Of a stretch of DNA of 62,210 nt, positions 37,555 to 46,073 are shown piece after piece. Source of the stretch: Halobacteriaceae archaeon (GTDB taxonomy: Archaea > Halobacteriota > Halobacteria > Halobacteriales > Halobacteriaceae). The DNA is taken from contig JBDGTS010000002.1 of assembly GCA_042216675.1 (NCBI GenBank), positions 1 to 62,210 on the forward strand, read 5' to 3'. Each line of letters starts with the position of its first letter. Position 1 is the first letter of the stretch. The notes under the pieces are model-generated. The model was not told the origin of the DNA. It saw only the letters and a program-made list of their open reading frames with translations, and did no database searches. A program made the translations under genes and the position numbers.

Positions 37555-38253
37555 GTGGTGGCCATCGCGATGGGGTGGCGCCACCTCCTGTTCGCGAACT
37601 GGCCCGTCGCGCCGGAGACGCTGGCGCCCCACCTCCCCCCGGACCTCGACCCGGACCTCCACGACGGCGACGCGTGGCTCTCGGTCGTCCCGTACACGAA
37701 CGTCGCCGTCCGTCCCCGGGGCCTCCCCGCCGCGGCGGGGGTCCGCCTCCCCGAACTGAACCTCCGGACCTACGTCACGCACGGCGACGACGCCGGCGTC
37801 TACTTCCTCAGCCTCGACGCCGACGGCGTTCTCTCCGTGGCGCTGGCCCGCCTGCTCCACGGTCTGCCCTACTACAACGCCGACGCCGCCCTCGACGCGT
37901 CTGGTGACGCCGTGGCCTTCGAGAGCCGTCGGCGCCACCCCGGCGCCCGCGCGGCGCAGTTCGCCGCCGCCTACGGCCGCGACGGCCCCGAAATCGACCA
38001 CGAACCCGGCGACGTGGCGCACTTCCTCACCGAGCGGTATCGCCTGTTCACGGAGACGACGGACGGGTCGATTCACGAGGTGCCGGTCGACCACCCCCGC
38101 TGGTCGCTCTACCCCGCGCACGTCGAACTCGCGTCGAACACGCTGTTCGGCGCCAACGGTCTCGACGCGCCGGCGGGCGACCCGCTCTGTTACTACAGCC
38201 CCGGCGTCGACGTCGTCGCCAAGCGCGGCCGAACGGTGGTGGGCGCGCCGTGA
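37555..38253 (+). CDS. YqjF/DUF2071 family protein
   Basis: WRHLLFANW, ELNLRTYV, GVYFLSLD, FLTERY. Confidence 0.88.
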   Translation: MVAIAMGWRHLLFANWPVAPETLAPHLPPDLDPDLHDGDAWLSVVPYTNVAVRPRGLPAAAGVRLPELNLRTYVTHGDDAGVYFLSLDADGVLSVALARLLHGLPYYNADAALDASGDAVAFESRRRHPGARAAQFAAAYGRDGPEIDHEPGDVAHFLTERYRLFTETTDGSIHEVPVDHPRWSLYPAHVELASNTLFGANGLDAPAGDPLCYYSPGVDVVAKRGRTVVGAP

Positions 38254-38663
38254 GCGACGCCGAGGGGCCGGTCCTGCTGTTCGACGGGCACTGCAACCTC
38301 TGTAACGGCGCCGTCCAGTTCGTCATCAGACACGACCCCGAGGCCGTCTTCTCGTTCGCCCCGCTCCAGTCGGAGACGGGCGAGCGACTCCGGAAGCGCG
38401 CGGACGTGCCCACCGACGCCACCGAGTCTGTCGTCCTCGTCGAGGGCGACGACGCCCACGTCAAGTCCGACGCCGTCCTGCGGGTGGCGCGCCGCCTCGG
38501 CCTCCCGTGGTCGCTTCTGTGGGGCTTCCGGTTCGTTCCGGGGTCGATTCGGGACGCCGTCTACGACGTCGTCGCCGAACACCGCTATCAGGTGTTCGGC
38601 CGGCGCGAGGAGTGCATGCTCCCCTCGCCGGAGGTGCAAGACCGCTTTCTCGACACGGCCTGA
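38250..38663 (+). CDS. DCC-family thiol-disulfide oxidoreductase
   Basis: FDGHCNLC, FAPLQS, RYQVFG. Confidence 0.88.
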   Translation: MSDAEGPVLLFDGHCNLCNGAVQFVIRHDPEAVFSFAPLQSETGERLRKRADVPTDATESVVLVEGDDAHVKSDAVLRVARRLGLPWSLLWGFRFVPGSIRDAVYDVVAEHRYQVFGRREECMLPSPEVQDRFLDTA

Positions 38664-38709
38664 GCCGGGTTTGGCCGCACTATTTAGCGGATTCTGGTCG
38701 GCCGTCTAG

Positions 38710-39144
38710 ATGGCCATGCCAGTCAAGCACCTCGCTGTCGACCCAGTGACGGGCGACCCTGCCGAATCGGTCGCGGCCATCGTGGAGACGATGGCGCGCG
38801 AGAACGTCGGCGACGTCATCATCGAAGACCGACAGGAGCCAGTCGGCATCGTCACGGACCGCGACGTGGCACTCGCTTACGCCCGCCGCGACGAACCGCT
38901 CGACGACCTCGAAGCGCAGGACCTGATGACCGAGGACCCGGCGACGATTCACGGTGACGCCGAGGCCGTCGACCTACCACGGAAGATGGCCGAGGCGCGG
39001 GTGCGCCGCCTCCCAGTCGTGGACGACGACGGCAAACTCATCGGCGTCGCGACCCTCGACGACGTGGTGGCGACGGCCGGCGAACAACTCGAGGACGTGG
39101 CGACGGTCATCGAGTCCCAGTCCCCGGACTACTCGCCGGACTAG
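38710..39144 (+). CDS. CBS-domain protein
   Basis: GIVTDRD, RRLPVVD..GKLIG. Confidence 0.88.
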   Translation: MAMPVKHLAVDPVTGDPAESVAAIVETMARENVGDVIIEDRQEPVGIVTDRDVALAYARRDEPLDDLEAQDLMTEDPATIHGDAEAVDLPRKMAEARVRRLPVVDDDGKLIGVATLDDVVATAGEQLEDVATVIESQSPDYSPD

Positions 39145-39680
39145 AACGGCGCCGAGGGACCGGGTCCCGCGGGCGCGTCGGCGTCCGTTTCGTCCGGAAC
39201 TGTCCCCGTCTCCCGAAACTCCGATTCGAGAGTCGCCAGTTCCTCGTTTATCGCCTCGCTCTGGTGGTGGTCCGGTGCGGCGCGCACGCGCACCACCTCG
39301 TAGTCGTGGCGCTCCCGCAGGCCGTTCCACGCTCGGAACGACCCGATGGTGAGCGTGTGCGTCTGCGGGCAGAACGGTGTCGTCGGCGTGAACTCGGCGC
39401 GGAGAATCGACTCGCTCTCCTCGGCGTAGCGGTAGCCCGCACCGGGATGTCGCGTGTCGAGGTTCAGGCGGGCGAGGTTGTAGTCGAAGGTCATGTCGTA
39501 CACCGTCCGTTCCTCGAACAGTTCGCGGGTCACCGCGTGGAATCGGACGTGTTCGGGACCCGTCAGCACGTCGTGGTCGGCCAGAAACGGTCCCGGGTCG
39601 GGGACGTGTTCGGGGACGAACTCCCCGTAGTCGTCGAAGTCAGCCTCTGAACCGCCGAACGGGGACGGGATTCCGGGCAT
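39141..39680 (-). CDS. hypothetical protein with DUF59/SufT-like TTPFCP motif
   Basis: AEFTPTTPFCPQ; acidic composition. Confidence 0.65.
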   Translation of the reverse strand: MPGIPSPFGGSEADFDDYGEFVPEHVPDPGPFLADHDVLTGPEHVRFHAVTRELFEERTVYDMTFDYNLARLNLDTRHPGAGYRYAEESESILRAEFTPTTPFCPQTHTLTIGSFRAWNGLRERHDYEVVRVRAAPDHHQSEAINEELATLESEFRETGTVPDETDADAPAGPGPSAPF

Positions 39681-39718
39681 GACTCGAAGTTGTGTCGCGT
39701 CGCCCCTGTGGCTGGTCC

Positions 39719-39730
39719 CCAACACGTTCG
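39719..39730 (-). promoter_or_regulatory. CGAA-N4-TTCG-like motif
   Basis: CGAACGTGTTGG on the minus strand, 39 nt before ATG 39680. Confidence 0.45.
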
Positions 39731-39731
39731 G

Positions 39732-39959
39732 TCACGCCGGCGTAATCTCGACGCGCCACTCGTCGGCGGCCACCTCCGTCGTCTCGTAGGTGAACCCCCG
39801 GTCCTCGAGGACCGAGTACAACGGCTCCGGCTCGAAGCCGTTGAGCAGAATCAGCGTGTCACCGTCGCTGAGGTCTTCGAGGGCGGTCATAATCTCCCCG
39901 AACGGTTCGCCGTCGACCTCTCGCGCATCGAGCGTCCGCGCCTCACAGTTTGGGGCCAT
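39732..39959 (-). CDS. DUF2249 protein
   Basis: LDAR..GEPFGEIMTAL, FEPEPLYSVLEDRGF. Confidence 0.85.
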   Translation of the reverse strand: MAPNCEARTLDAREVDGEPFGEIMTALEDLSDGDTLILLNGFEPEPLYSVLEDRGFTYETTEVAADEWRVEITPA

Positions 39960-39998
39960 TACCTCTCCGTTCGTGGGGCGGCGTCGTGTCCGTTTCTC

Positions 39999-40010
39999 CA
40001 AACATGTTCG
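39999..40010 (-). promoter_or_regulatory. CGAA-N4-TTCG-like motif
   Basis: CGAACATGTTTG on the minus strand, 40 nt before ATG 39959. Confidence 0.45.
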
Positions 40011-40078
40011 CCCCGCCGCTACACAATTGTAGTTGAATTACAACAAGTGCGTTGGAAAAGTTTAAGGCAGTTCCCCCG

Positions 40079-40124
40079 ACACCAGATGTTGCGGTCGGAC
40101 GCCATCTCCCCGGATATATGGGGA
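40079..40124 (+). promoter_or_regulatory. putative tandem NrdR boxes
   Basis: ACACCAGATGTTGCGG (40079) and CCCGGATATATGGGGA (40109), 30 bp apart, downstream of TTTAAG. Confidence 0.45.
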
Positions 40125-40147
40125 CGGAGGGTCACGTAGTGACAACT

Positions 40148-40636
40148 ATGAACTGTCCAGACTGCGGCCACGGGCGAACGCGCGTCGTCGACACCGAGAC
40201 CAGTGCCGACGGAACCTCGATTCGACGGCGTCGCGAGTGCGCACGCTGTGACTTTCGGTTCACCACCTACGAGCGACCGGAGTGGGAGACCCTGCAGGTG
40301 AAGAAACGAGACGGGAGCATCGAACCGTTCGACCGCGAGAAACTCCGCGGCGGCATCGAACGCGCCGTCGAGAAGCGTCCGGTCTCCGATGAGGACGTCA
40401 CCGACCTCGTGGAGGCCGTCGAGGGCGAGTTAGAGGCCCGCGACACCCGAATCGTCTCCTCGCGCACCGTCGGCGACCTCGTCTCCGAGCGGCTGCGTGA
40501 CGTGGACAAGGTGGCGTACATCCGCTTTGTCTCCGTGTACGAGGCGTTCTCCGACCCCGAGGAGTTCCTCCGGGAACTCGACGCCGTCCTCACCGACGAA
40601 CTCGACGACGGGAAGCCGCCCGATCCAGACACATGA
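40148..40636 (+). CDS. nrdR: transcriptional repressor NrdR
   Basis: MNCPDC, RRRRECARC..RFTTYE, ATP cone, VAYIRFVSVY. Confidence 0.95.
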   Translation: MNCPDCGHGRTRVVDTETSADGTSIRRRRECARCDFRFTTYERPEWETLQVKKRDGSIEPFDREKLRGGIERAVEKRPVSDEDVTDLVEAVEGELEARDTRIVSSRTVGDLVSERLRDVDKVAYIRFVSVYEAFSDPEEFLRELDAVLTDELDDGKPPDPDT

Positions 40637-42999
40637 GCACTCAGGAATCGACGTTCACCGACACCATCCGCTCCATCGTGGAGCGGGCACGCACAGAGTA
40701 CGACGACCAGTTCGACGACGAGGCACTCGCCGAGATGCGCGAGGCCGCGGCGCGGGACCTGTACGACGGTGCCGACGTGAGCGAAGTGTACGACGCCGTC
40801 GTCGGCGCCGCCACCGCCCGTATCGAGCGGGACCCCGCGTACAAGCGCCTCGCCGCCGGCGTGTTCCGTCAGCGGTACTACCGCGACGTCATCGGCGAGG
40901 ACCTGACCGGCGACGAACTCGACGCCGCCTATCGCGAGACGTTCGTCGAGAACCTCCGCCGCGGGGTCGAGATGGGACTCCTCGACGAGCGCATGACCGA
41001 GCGCTTCGACCTCTCGGCGATGGCCGACGGGCTCGTCCCGGACCGGGACCGCGACTTCGAGTACATGGCCCTGGAGACGCTCTCCCAGCGCTACTTCCTC
41101 AAGACGGAGACGGACGGCGAGCACCTCGAACTGCCACAGGCCTTCTGGATGCGCGTGGCGATGGGCCTCGCTCTGGAGGAAGACGACCCCGCGGCCCGCG
41201 CCGAGGAGTTCTACGAGGTGCTCTCGCGATTCGAGTTCACGCCCTCGACGCCGACGCTGTTTCACAGCGGCACCGCCCACCCACAGTTGTCCTCCTGCTA
41301 CCTGACGACGGTGCAGGACTCGCTGGAACACATCTTCGACTCCTACAAGCACCACGCGAAACTGTCGAAGTGGAGCGGCGGCCTCGGCAACGACTGGACG
41401 AACCTCCGCGCCTCGGGCGCGCTCATCGAATCGACCGGCGTCGAATCCACGGGCGTCGTCCCGTTCCTCCGCATCAGCAACGACGTCACGGCGGCCATCA
41501 ACCGCTCGGGCAAGCGCCGCGGCGCGGCCTGTGCCTACCTCGCCGCGTGGCACCTCGACTTCCCGGCGTTCATCGACCTCAAGCGCAACACCGGCGACGA
41601 GCGACGGCGCACGCCTGACATGAACATCGCCGCGTGGATCCCCGACCTGTTCATGAAGCGCGTCGAGGCGGGCGAGGAGTGGACGCTGTTCTCCCCCGAC
41701 GAGGTGCCGGACCTGCACGACGCGTACGGCGAGGAGTTCGAGGACCTGTACCGCGCCGCCGAGGAGCGCGCCGAAAACGGCGAACTCCGGCAGTACGAGA
41801 CGGTCGATGCCGCGGATCTCTGGCGACAGACGCTCACCCGCCTCTTCGAGACGGGCCATCCGTGGATAACGTTCAAGGACCCCTGTAACGTCCGCAGTCC
41901 GCAGGACCACGTCGGCACTATCCACTCCTCGAACCTCTGCACCGAAATCACGCTCAACACGAGCGCGGACGAACACGCCGTCTGCAACCTCGGGAGCGTC
42001 AACCTCGCCACCCACGTCGCCGACGGCGAACTCGACCGCGAGCGCGTCGAATCGACCGTCGAGACGGCGATGCGGATGCTCGACAACGTCGTGGACCTCT
42101 GTTTCTACCCGACGGCGGAGGCCGAGGCGTCGAACATGCAACACCGCCCCGTCGGTCTCGGCACCATGGGCTTTCACGACGCACTGATGCAGTGTGGCGT
42201 CCCCATGGCCGACGAGGCGGCAATCGAGACGGCCAACCGCTGGCAGGAGTTCGTTTCCTACCACGCCATCTTGAACTCCTCGCGACTGGCCGCCGAGCGC
42301 GACCCCTACCCGTCCTACGAGGGGTCGAAGTGGGACCGTGGCCTCCTGCCACAGGACACCGTGGACCTGCTCGAAGACGAGCGGGGCCGCGAGATCCCCA
42401 CCGACCGGACGGAGACGCTGGACTGGGACCGCGTCCGCGACCACGTCGCGGCCCACGGGATGCGCAACTCCAACACGATGGCCGTCGCGCCCACGGCCAC
42501 CGTCTCCACCATCAACGGCACCACGGCCAGCATCGAGCCGATGTACTCGAACCTCTACGTGAAGTCGAACATGAGCGGCGACTTCACCATCGTCAACGAC
42601 CACCTCGTCGCCGACTTGCGGGAGCGCGGTCTCTGGGACGACGAGATGTTGGACCGGTTGAAGTACCACGACGGCTCCGTGCAGGACATCGACGCCGTGC
42701 CGGACGATCTAAAGCGTCTCTACCGAGGGGCGTTCGAGATCGACCCGCGCCACCAGATCGCGCTCACGGCCCACCGCGGCACGTGGATCGACCAGTCGGT
42801 GTCGCACAACGTCTTCTTCCCCGCCACGGACGGGACGCTCCTCGACGACGTGTACACCGAGGCGTGGCGCCTCGGCCTGAAGACGACGTACTACCTCCGG
42901 ACGCTGGGCGCCTCGCAGTTCGAGAAGTCGACGCTCGACATGGACCAGTACGGAAAGACACAGCACCGTAGCGGCGCCCCCGCGGAGGGTGACCGATGA
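40633..42999 (+). CDS. nrdA: class I ribonucleotide reductase alpha, ending before the C-terminal Cys pair
   Basis: SSCYL, SNLCTEI, VCNLGS, APTAT, KTTYYLR; terminus ...GAPAEGDR* has no Cys. Confidence 0.95.
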   Translation: MSTQESTFTDTIRSIVERARTEYDDQFDDEALAEMREAAARDLYDGADVSEVYDAVVGAATARIERDPAYKRLAAGVFRQRYYRDVIGEDLTGDELDAAYRETFVENLRRGVEMGLLDERMTERFDLSAMADGLVPDRDRDFEYMALETLSQRYFLKTETDGEHLELPQAFWMRVAMGLALEEDDPAARAEEFYEVLSRFEFTPSTPTLFHSGTAHPQLSSCYLTTVQDSLEHIFDSYKHHAKLSKWSGGLGNDWTNLRASGALIESTGVESTGVVPFLRISNDVTAAINRSGKRRGAACAYLAAWHLDFPAFIDLKRNTGDERRRTPDMNIAAWIPDLFMKRVEAGEEWTLFSPDEVPDLHDAYGEEFEDLYRAAEERAENGELRQYETVDAADLWRQTLTRLFETGHPWITFKDPCNVRSPQDHVGTIHSSNLCTEITLNTSADEHAVCNLGSVNLATHVADGELDRERVESTVETAMRMLDNVVDLCFYPTAEAEASNMQHRPVGLGTMGFHDALMQCGVPMADEAAIETANRWQEFVSYHAILNSSRLAAERDPYPSYEGSKWDRGLLPQDTVDLLEDERGREIPTDRTETLDWDRVRDHVAAHGMRNSNTMAVAPTATVSTINGTTASIEPMYSNLYVKSNMSGDFTIVNDHLVADLRERGLWDDEMLDRLKYHDGSVQDIDAVPDDLKRLYRGAFEIDPRHQIALTAHRGTWIDQSVSHNVFFPATDGTLLDDVYTEAWRLGLKTTYYLRTLGASQFEKSTLDMDQYGKTQHRSGAPAEGDR

Positions 43000-43133
43000 G
43001 CGAGGACGGCGACCCCGGAACGCTCCGGTGGGGCGACGACGAACCCGCCGAGGAACCCGACGCGGACGACGACAGCGACCGCGACGCCGAACTGTGCCGC
43101 GTGAGCGACCCGACCTGCGAGGCCTGCCAGTAA
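42996..43133 (+). CDS. free-standing NrdA C-terminal redox-tail peptide (45 aa, ...ELCRVSDPTCEACQ)
   Basis: SD-like GGAGGGTGA (42984-42992), ATGA overlap with the nrdA stop, TAATG overlap with the nrdB start, terminal CEACQ. Confidence 0.75.
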   Translation: MSEDGDPGTLRWGDDEPAEEPDADDDSDRDAELCRVSDPTCEACQ

Positions 43134-44125
43134 TGCCGATTATCAACCACGACGCCGAACACGACCCGAACAAGATTCTGCCCATCGACTACGAGTGGGC
43201 CCGCGAGTACTACGAGGCGGGCGTGGACAACAACTGGGTGCCCGACGAGATCCCGATGCAGGACGACGTGTCCCAGTGGGAGAGCGACGAACTCACCGAC
43301 GCTGAGCGGCAGTTAGTCGAGTGGAACCTCGGCTTCTTCTCGACGGCAGAGTCGTTGACGGCGAACAACATCGTCCTCGCCCTCTACGAGTACGTCACCG
43401 CGCCGGAGTGTCGGCAGTACCTCCTCCGGCAGGCCTACGAGGAGGCCATCCACACGGACACGTTCATCTACTGCTGTGATTCGCTCGGCTTCGACCCGGA
43501 GTACATGTACGGCATGTACGACCGCATTCCCTCCATCCAGCAGAAAGACGAGTTCGTCGTCGACCTCACGCGGGTCATCGACAAGCCCGACTTCACCATC
43601 GAGACGGAGGACGACGTCCGCGCCTTCCTCCGTGACCTCGTGGGCTTCTACGTCATCATGGAGGGCATCTTCTTCTACGCCGGGTTCGCGATGATGCTCG
43701 GCTTGAAACGCCAGCAGAAGATGGTCGGCATCGGCCAGCAGTTCGAGTACATCATGCGCGACGAGTCGCTCCACCTCGGCTTCGGTGTGGACCTCATCGA
43801 CCAGATTCGGACCGAGAACCCCGGCGTCTGGACGCCGGCGTTCGAGGCCGAGGTTCGTGACCTCATCACGGAGGCCGTCGAACTCGAACAGGTGTACGCG
43901 GAGGCGGCCTGTCCCGAGGACGTTCTCGGGATGGGGCCACGCCAGTTCGCCGACTACGTCGAGTACGTCGCGGACCGGCGCTTTGGCCAACTCGACATGG
44001 ACCCGGAGTATCACACCGAAAACCCGTTCCCGTGGATGAGCGAGCAGGCGGACCTCAACAAGGAGAAGAACTTCTTCGAGAGTCAGGTCACGGAGTATCG
44101 AAGCGGCGGGTCGCTCGACTGGTAG
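43133..44125 (+). CDS. nrdB: class I RNR beta subunit with class Ic (Mn/Fe) signatures
   Basis: FSTAES, EEAIHTDTF, MEGIFFY, RDESLH, EKNFFE..VTEY. Confidence 0.93.
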   Translation: MPIINHDAEHDPNKILPIDYEWAREYYEAGVDNNWVPDEIPMQDDVSQWESDELTDAERQLVEWNLGFFSTAESLTANNIVLALYEYVTAPECRQYLLRQAYEEAIHTDTFIYCCDSLGFDPEYMYGMYDRIPSIQQKDEFVVDLTRVIDKPDFTIETEDDVRAFLRDLVGFYVIMEGIFFYAGFAMMLGLKRQQKMVGIGQQFEYIMRDESLHLGFGVDLIDQIRTENPGVWTPAFEAEVRDLITEAVELEQVYAEAACPEDVLGMGPRQFADYVEYVADRRFGQLDMDPEYHTENPFPWMSEQADLNKEKNFFESQVTEYRSGGSLDW

Positions 44126-44202
44126 CACCCACCCAAATTTATTGTCACTGCGGATAGTAGAAAAAACACGGTCCGGCTGCCGGGCCGGGAGGTCACAGAA
44201 CT

Positions 44203-44577
44203 GTGTCTCACGGGTCCGGTCGGGGAGGCAGCGACGACGCGGAGGTTCTCCTCCTCGAACGCGACGACGGACTCCGGGAGCCGTTTCGAATCTGGTTGGA
44301 CGAGCGGTGGGACGTGGTGACCGCTGCGGACGCGACCGAGGCCCGCGACCGTTTCGACCCGTCGCTCGACGCCGTCGTGACGAGCGACCACCTCCTGTTG
44401 GAGACGCCGGAATCGCTCATCGAGTCCTTCGCCGAGGACGGCTTCGACCGGCCGGTGCTGGTCCTCGTGAGCCGAATGGAGCGCCCCGACGTGGAGTGCC
44501 TCGACGTGCAGTATCTCACGAAGCCGGTCACGAAAGCGGACCTCGTGGAGGCCGTCGCGGACCTCGTGGACGACTAG
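44203..44577 (+). CDS. degenerate receiver-domain protein
   Basis: Receiver-like pattern ending YLTKPV; phospho-Asp not evident; start uncertain. Confidence 0.6.
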   Translation: MSHGSGRGGSDDAEVLLLERDDGLREPFRIWLDERWDVVTAADATEARDRFDPSLDAVVTSDHLLLETPESLIESFAEDGFDRPVLVLVSRMERPDVECLDVQYLTKPVTKADLVEAVADLVDD

Positions 44578-46073
44578 TCGTCGGTGGCGTCCTCCTCGGG
44601 GGTGGGCGCGGGACCCGGCCCGGGTCGGCCGTCGCTCTCCACGACGCTGTCAGCCCACGTCCCGCGAAGGAAGTAGCCGCCCGCGAGGACGACGACGAGG
44701 ACGTTCGAGACGGCGATGGCGTACCAGACGCCCGTCGCGCCGAGGTCGGCCCACGTCAGCAGGCCGTACGCGGTGGGGACCCGGATGACGATGAGGCCCA
44801 GCACCGAGAATATCATCGCCGCGCGCGTGCTTCCACTCCCTCGGTAGGCGCCCTGTACGACGCGGAACACGCCGAGGAACACGAACGAGAGACCCACGAT
44901 GCGGAGGTAGTCCGCACCGATGGCGACGACAGTCGCCGCGTCCTCGCCGGTGATGAACACGCTCACGATGGTCGACCCGTAGACGTAGGCGACGGCGCTC
45001 ACGACGGCGAGGACGGCCGCGGTGAGGGCCGCGCTGACGTAGACGGCGTGCTTGGCCCGGTCCGCTTGGTCGGCACCGAGGTTCTGCCCGACCATCGTCT
45101 CGGTGCCCCGTGCCAGCCCCATCGCCGGCAGGAAGACGAGCGAGGTGAGTCGGCTCCCGATGCCGTACGCCGCGACGGCCGGGTCGCCCGCGATGGCGAT
45201 GAGCGCCGTCAGAATCGTCACCGACAGCGACTGGGTACTCTGTTCGACGCTCGCGGGCGCTCCGATGCGCAGAATCTTCCGCCCCATCTCCTTCGTCGGT
45301 CGGAAGTCGGGAAGCGAGGGGTTCAGCCCCACGCGACCCGACAGCAGGAGGCCGAAGGCGATGGCGGCGCCCAGTCCCCGGGAGCCGATGGTGGCGTACG
45401 CGGCGCCCTGCACGCCGAAGCCCTCGAACCCGGTCAGCGCGTACAGCGTCGACTGCAGGCCAGTGAGCCCTAGCGCCTCGAACAGGACGTTCCCCTTGAA
45501 CCCGAGGATGAGAAACGGGTCCGCGACGACGTTCAGCGCCACGCCGAACGCCATCAGGTACAGCGGCGTCCGGGTGTCGCCCCACCCCTGCAGGAGCGCC
45601 TGAAACACGAAGAACCCGAAGACGAACGGGATGCCGAGGAACATCGTCCGCGTGTAGGAGAGCGCCATCCGATAGGACGCCTCGCCGGGCGTCGCGCCCA
45701 CGAGTTGCAGGAGCGTCGGCGCCAACGCGTAGCCGATGACGGCGAGGCCCGCCGAGACGAGGATGACGAAACCGATTGTCTGCCCGGCGACGTGGTCCAC
45801 CTCGTCGAGGTTCCCCGCGCCCTTGTTCTGTGCGACGAGGACGGTGCCGGCGACGGTGAACCCGCCCGCCAGCGTGATGAGGAGAAAGACGATGGCCCAC
45901 GAGTAGGAGATGGCGCTCACCGCGTCCTGTCCGAGACGGCCGACCCAGAACGTGTCCGCGAGGTTGTAACCGACCTGCAGGAGATTCGTGAGGATGATGG
46001 GCAGCGAGAGGACCAACAGCGGTTTGACGAGGTCGCCGTCGGTGAGATTGACGGCGCGGTCCGTCTCACTCAT
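44574..46073 (-). CDS. MATE family efflux transporter
   Basis: YNLADTFWVGRLG, GWGDTRTP, GQNLGA; 12 TM. Confidence 0.92.
   Translation of the reverse strand: MSETDRAVNLTDGDLVKPLLVLSLPIILTNLLQVGYNLADTFWVGRLGQDAVSAISYSWAIVFLLITLAGGFTVAGTVLVAQNKGAGNLDEVDHVAGQTIGFVILVSAGLAVIGYALAPTLLQLVGATPGEASYRMALSYTRTMFLGIPFVFGFFVFQALLQGWGDTRTPLYLMAFGVALNVVADPFLILGFKGNVLFEALGLTGLQSTLYALTGFEGFGVQGAAYATIGSRGLGAAIAFGLLLSGRVGLNPSLPDFRPTKEMGRKILRIGAPASVEQSTQSLSVTILTALIAIAGDPAVAAYGIGSRLTSLVFLPAMGLARGTETMVGQNLGADQADRAKHAVYVSAALTAAVLAVVSAVAYVYGSTIVSVFITGEDAATVVAIGADYLRIVGLSFVFLGVFRVVQGAYRGSGSTRAAMIFSVLGLIVIRVPTAYGLLTWADLGATGVWYAIAVSNVLVVVLAGGYFLRGTWADSVVESDGRPGPGPAPTPEEDATDD

Noticed and set aside
40086-40139. uORF MLRSDAISPDIWGRRVT before nrdR
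   Set aside because: The ATG is rather close to the TATA box, there is no overlap with nrdR, and the sequence is explained by the putative operators.
40267-42669. 800-aa antisense ORF, and similar long ORFs at 8048-10384, 12618-14696, 18062-20092 and 33595-36285
   Set aside because: Shadow frames of real genes in high-GC DNA; Arg/Gly/Val-rich with no motifs.
42977-42981. C5 run as a slippery site or sequencing error fusing nrdA to its tail
   Set aside because: The tail frame has TGA at 42990-42992, so a shift here terminates before the tail.
42989-43132. 48-aa Arg-rich N-terminal extension of NrdB in the ORF track
   Set aside because: The composition is unlike halophilic proteins. The acidic CEACQ ORF occupies another frame and nrdB starts naturally at ATG 43133.
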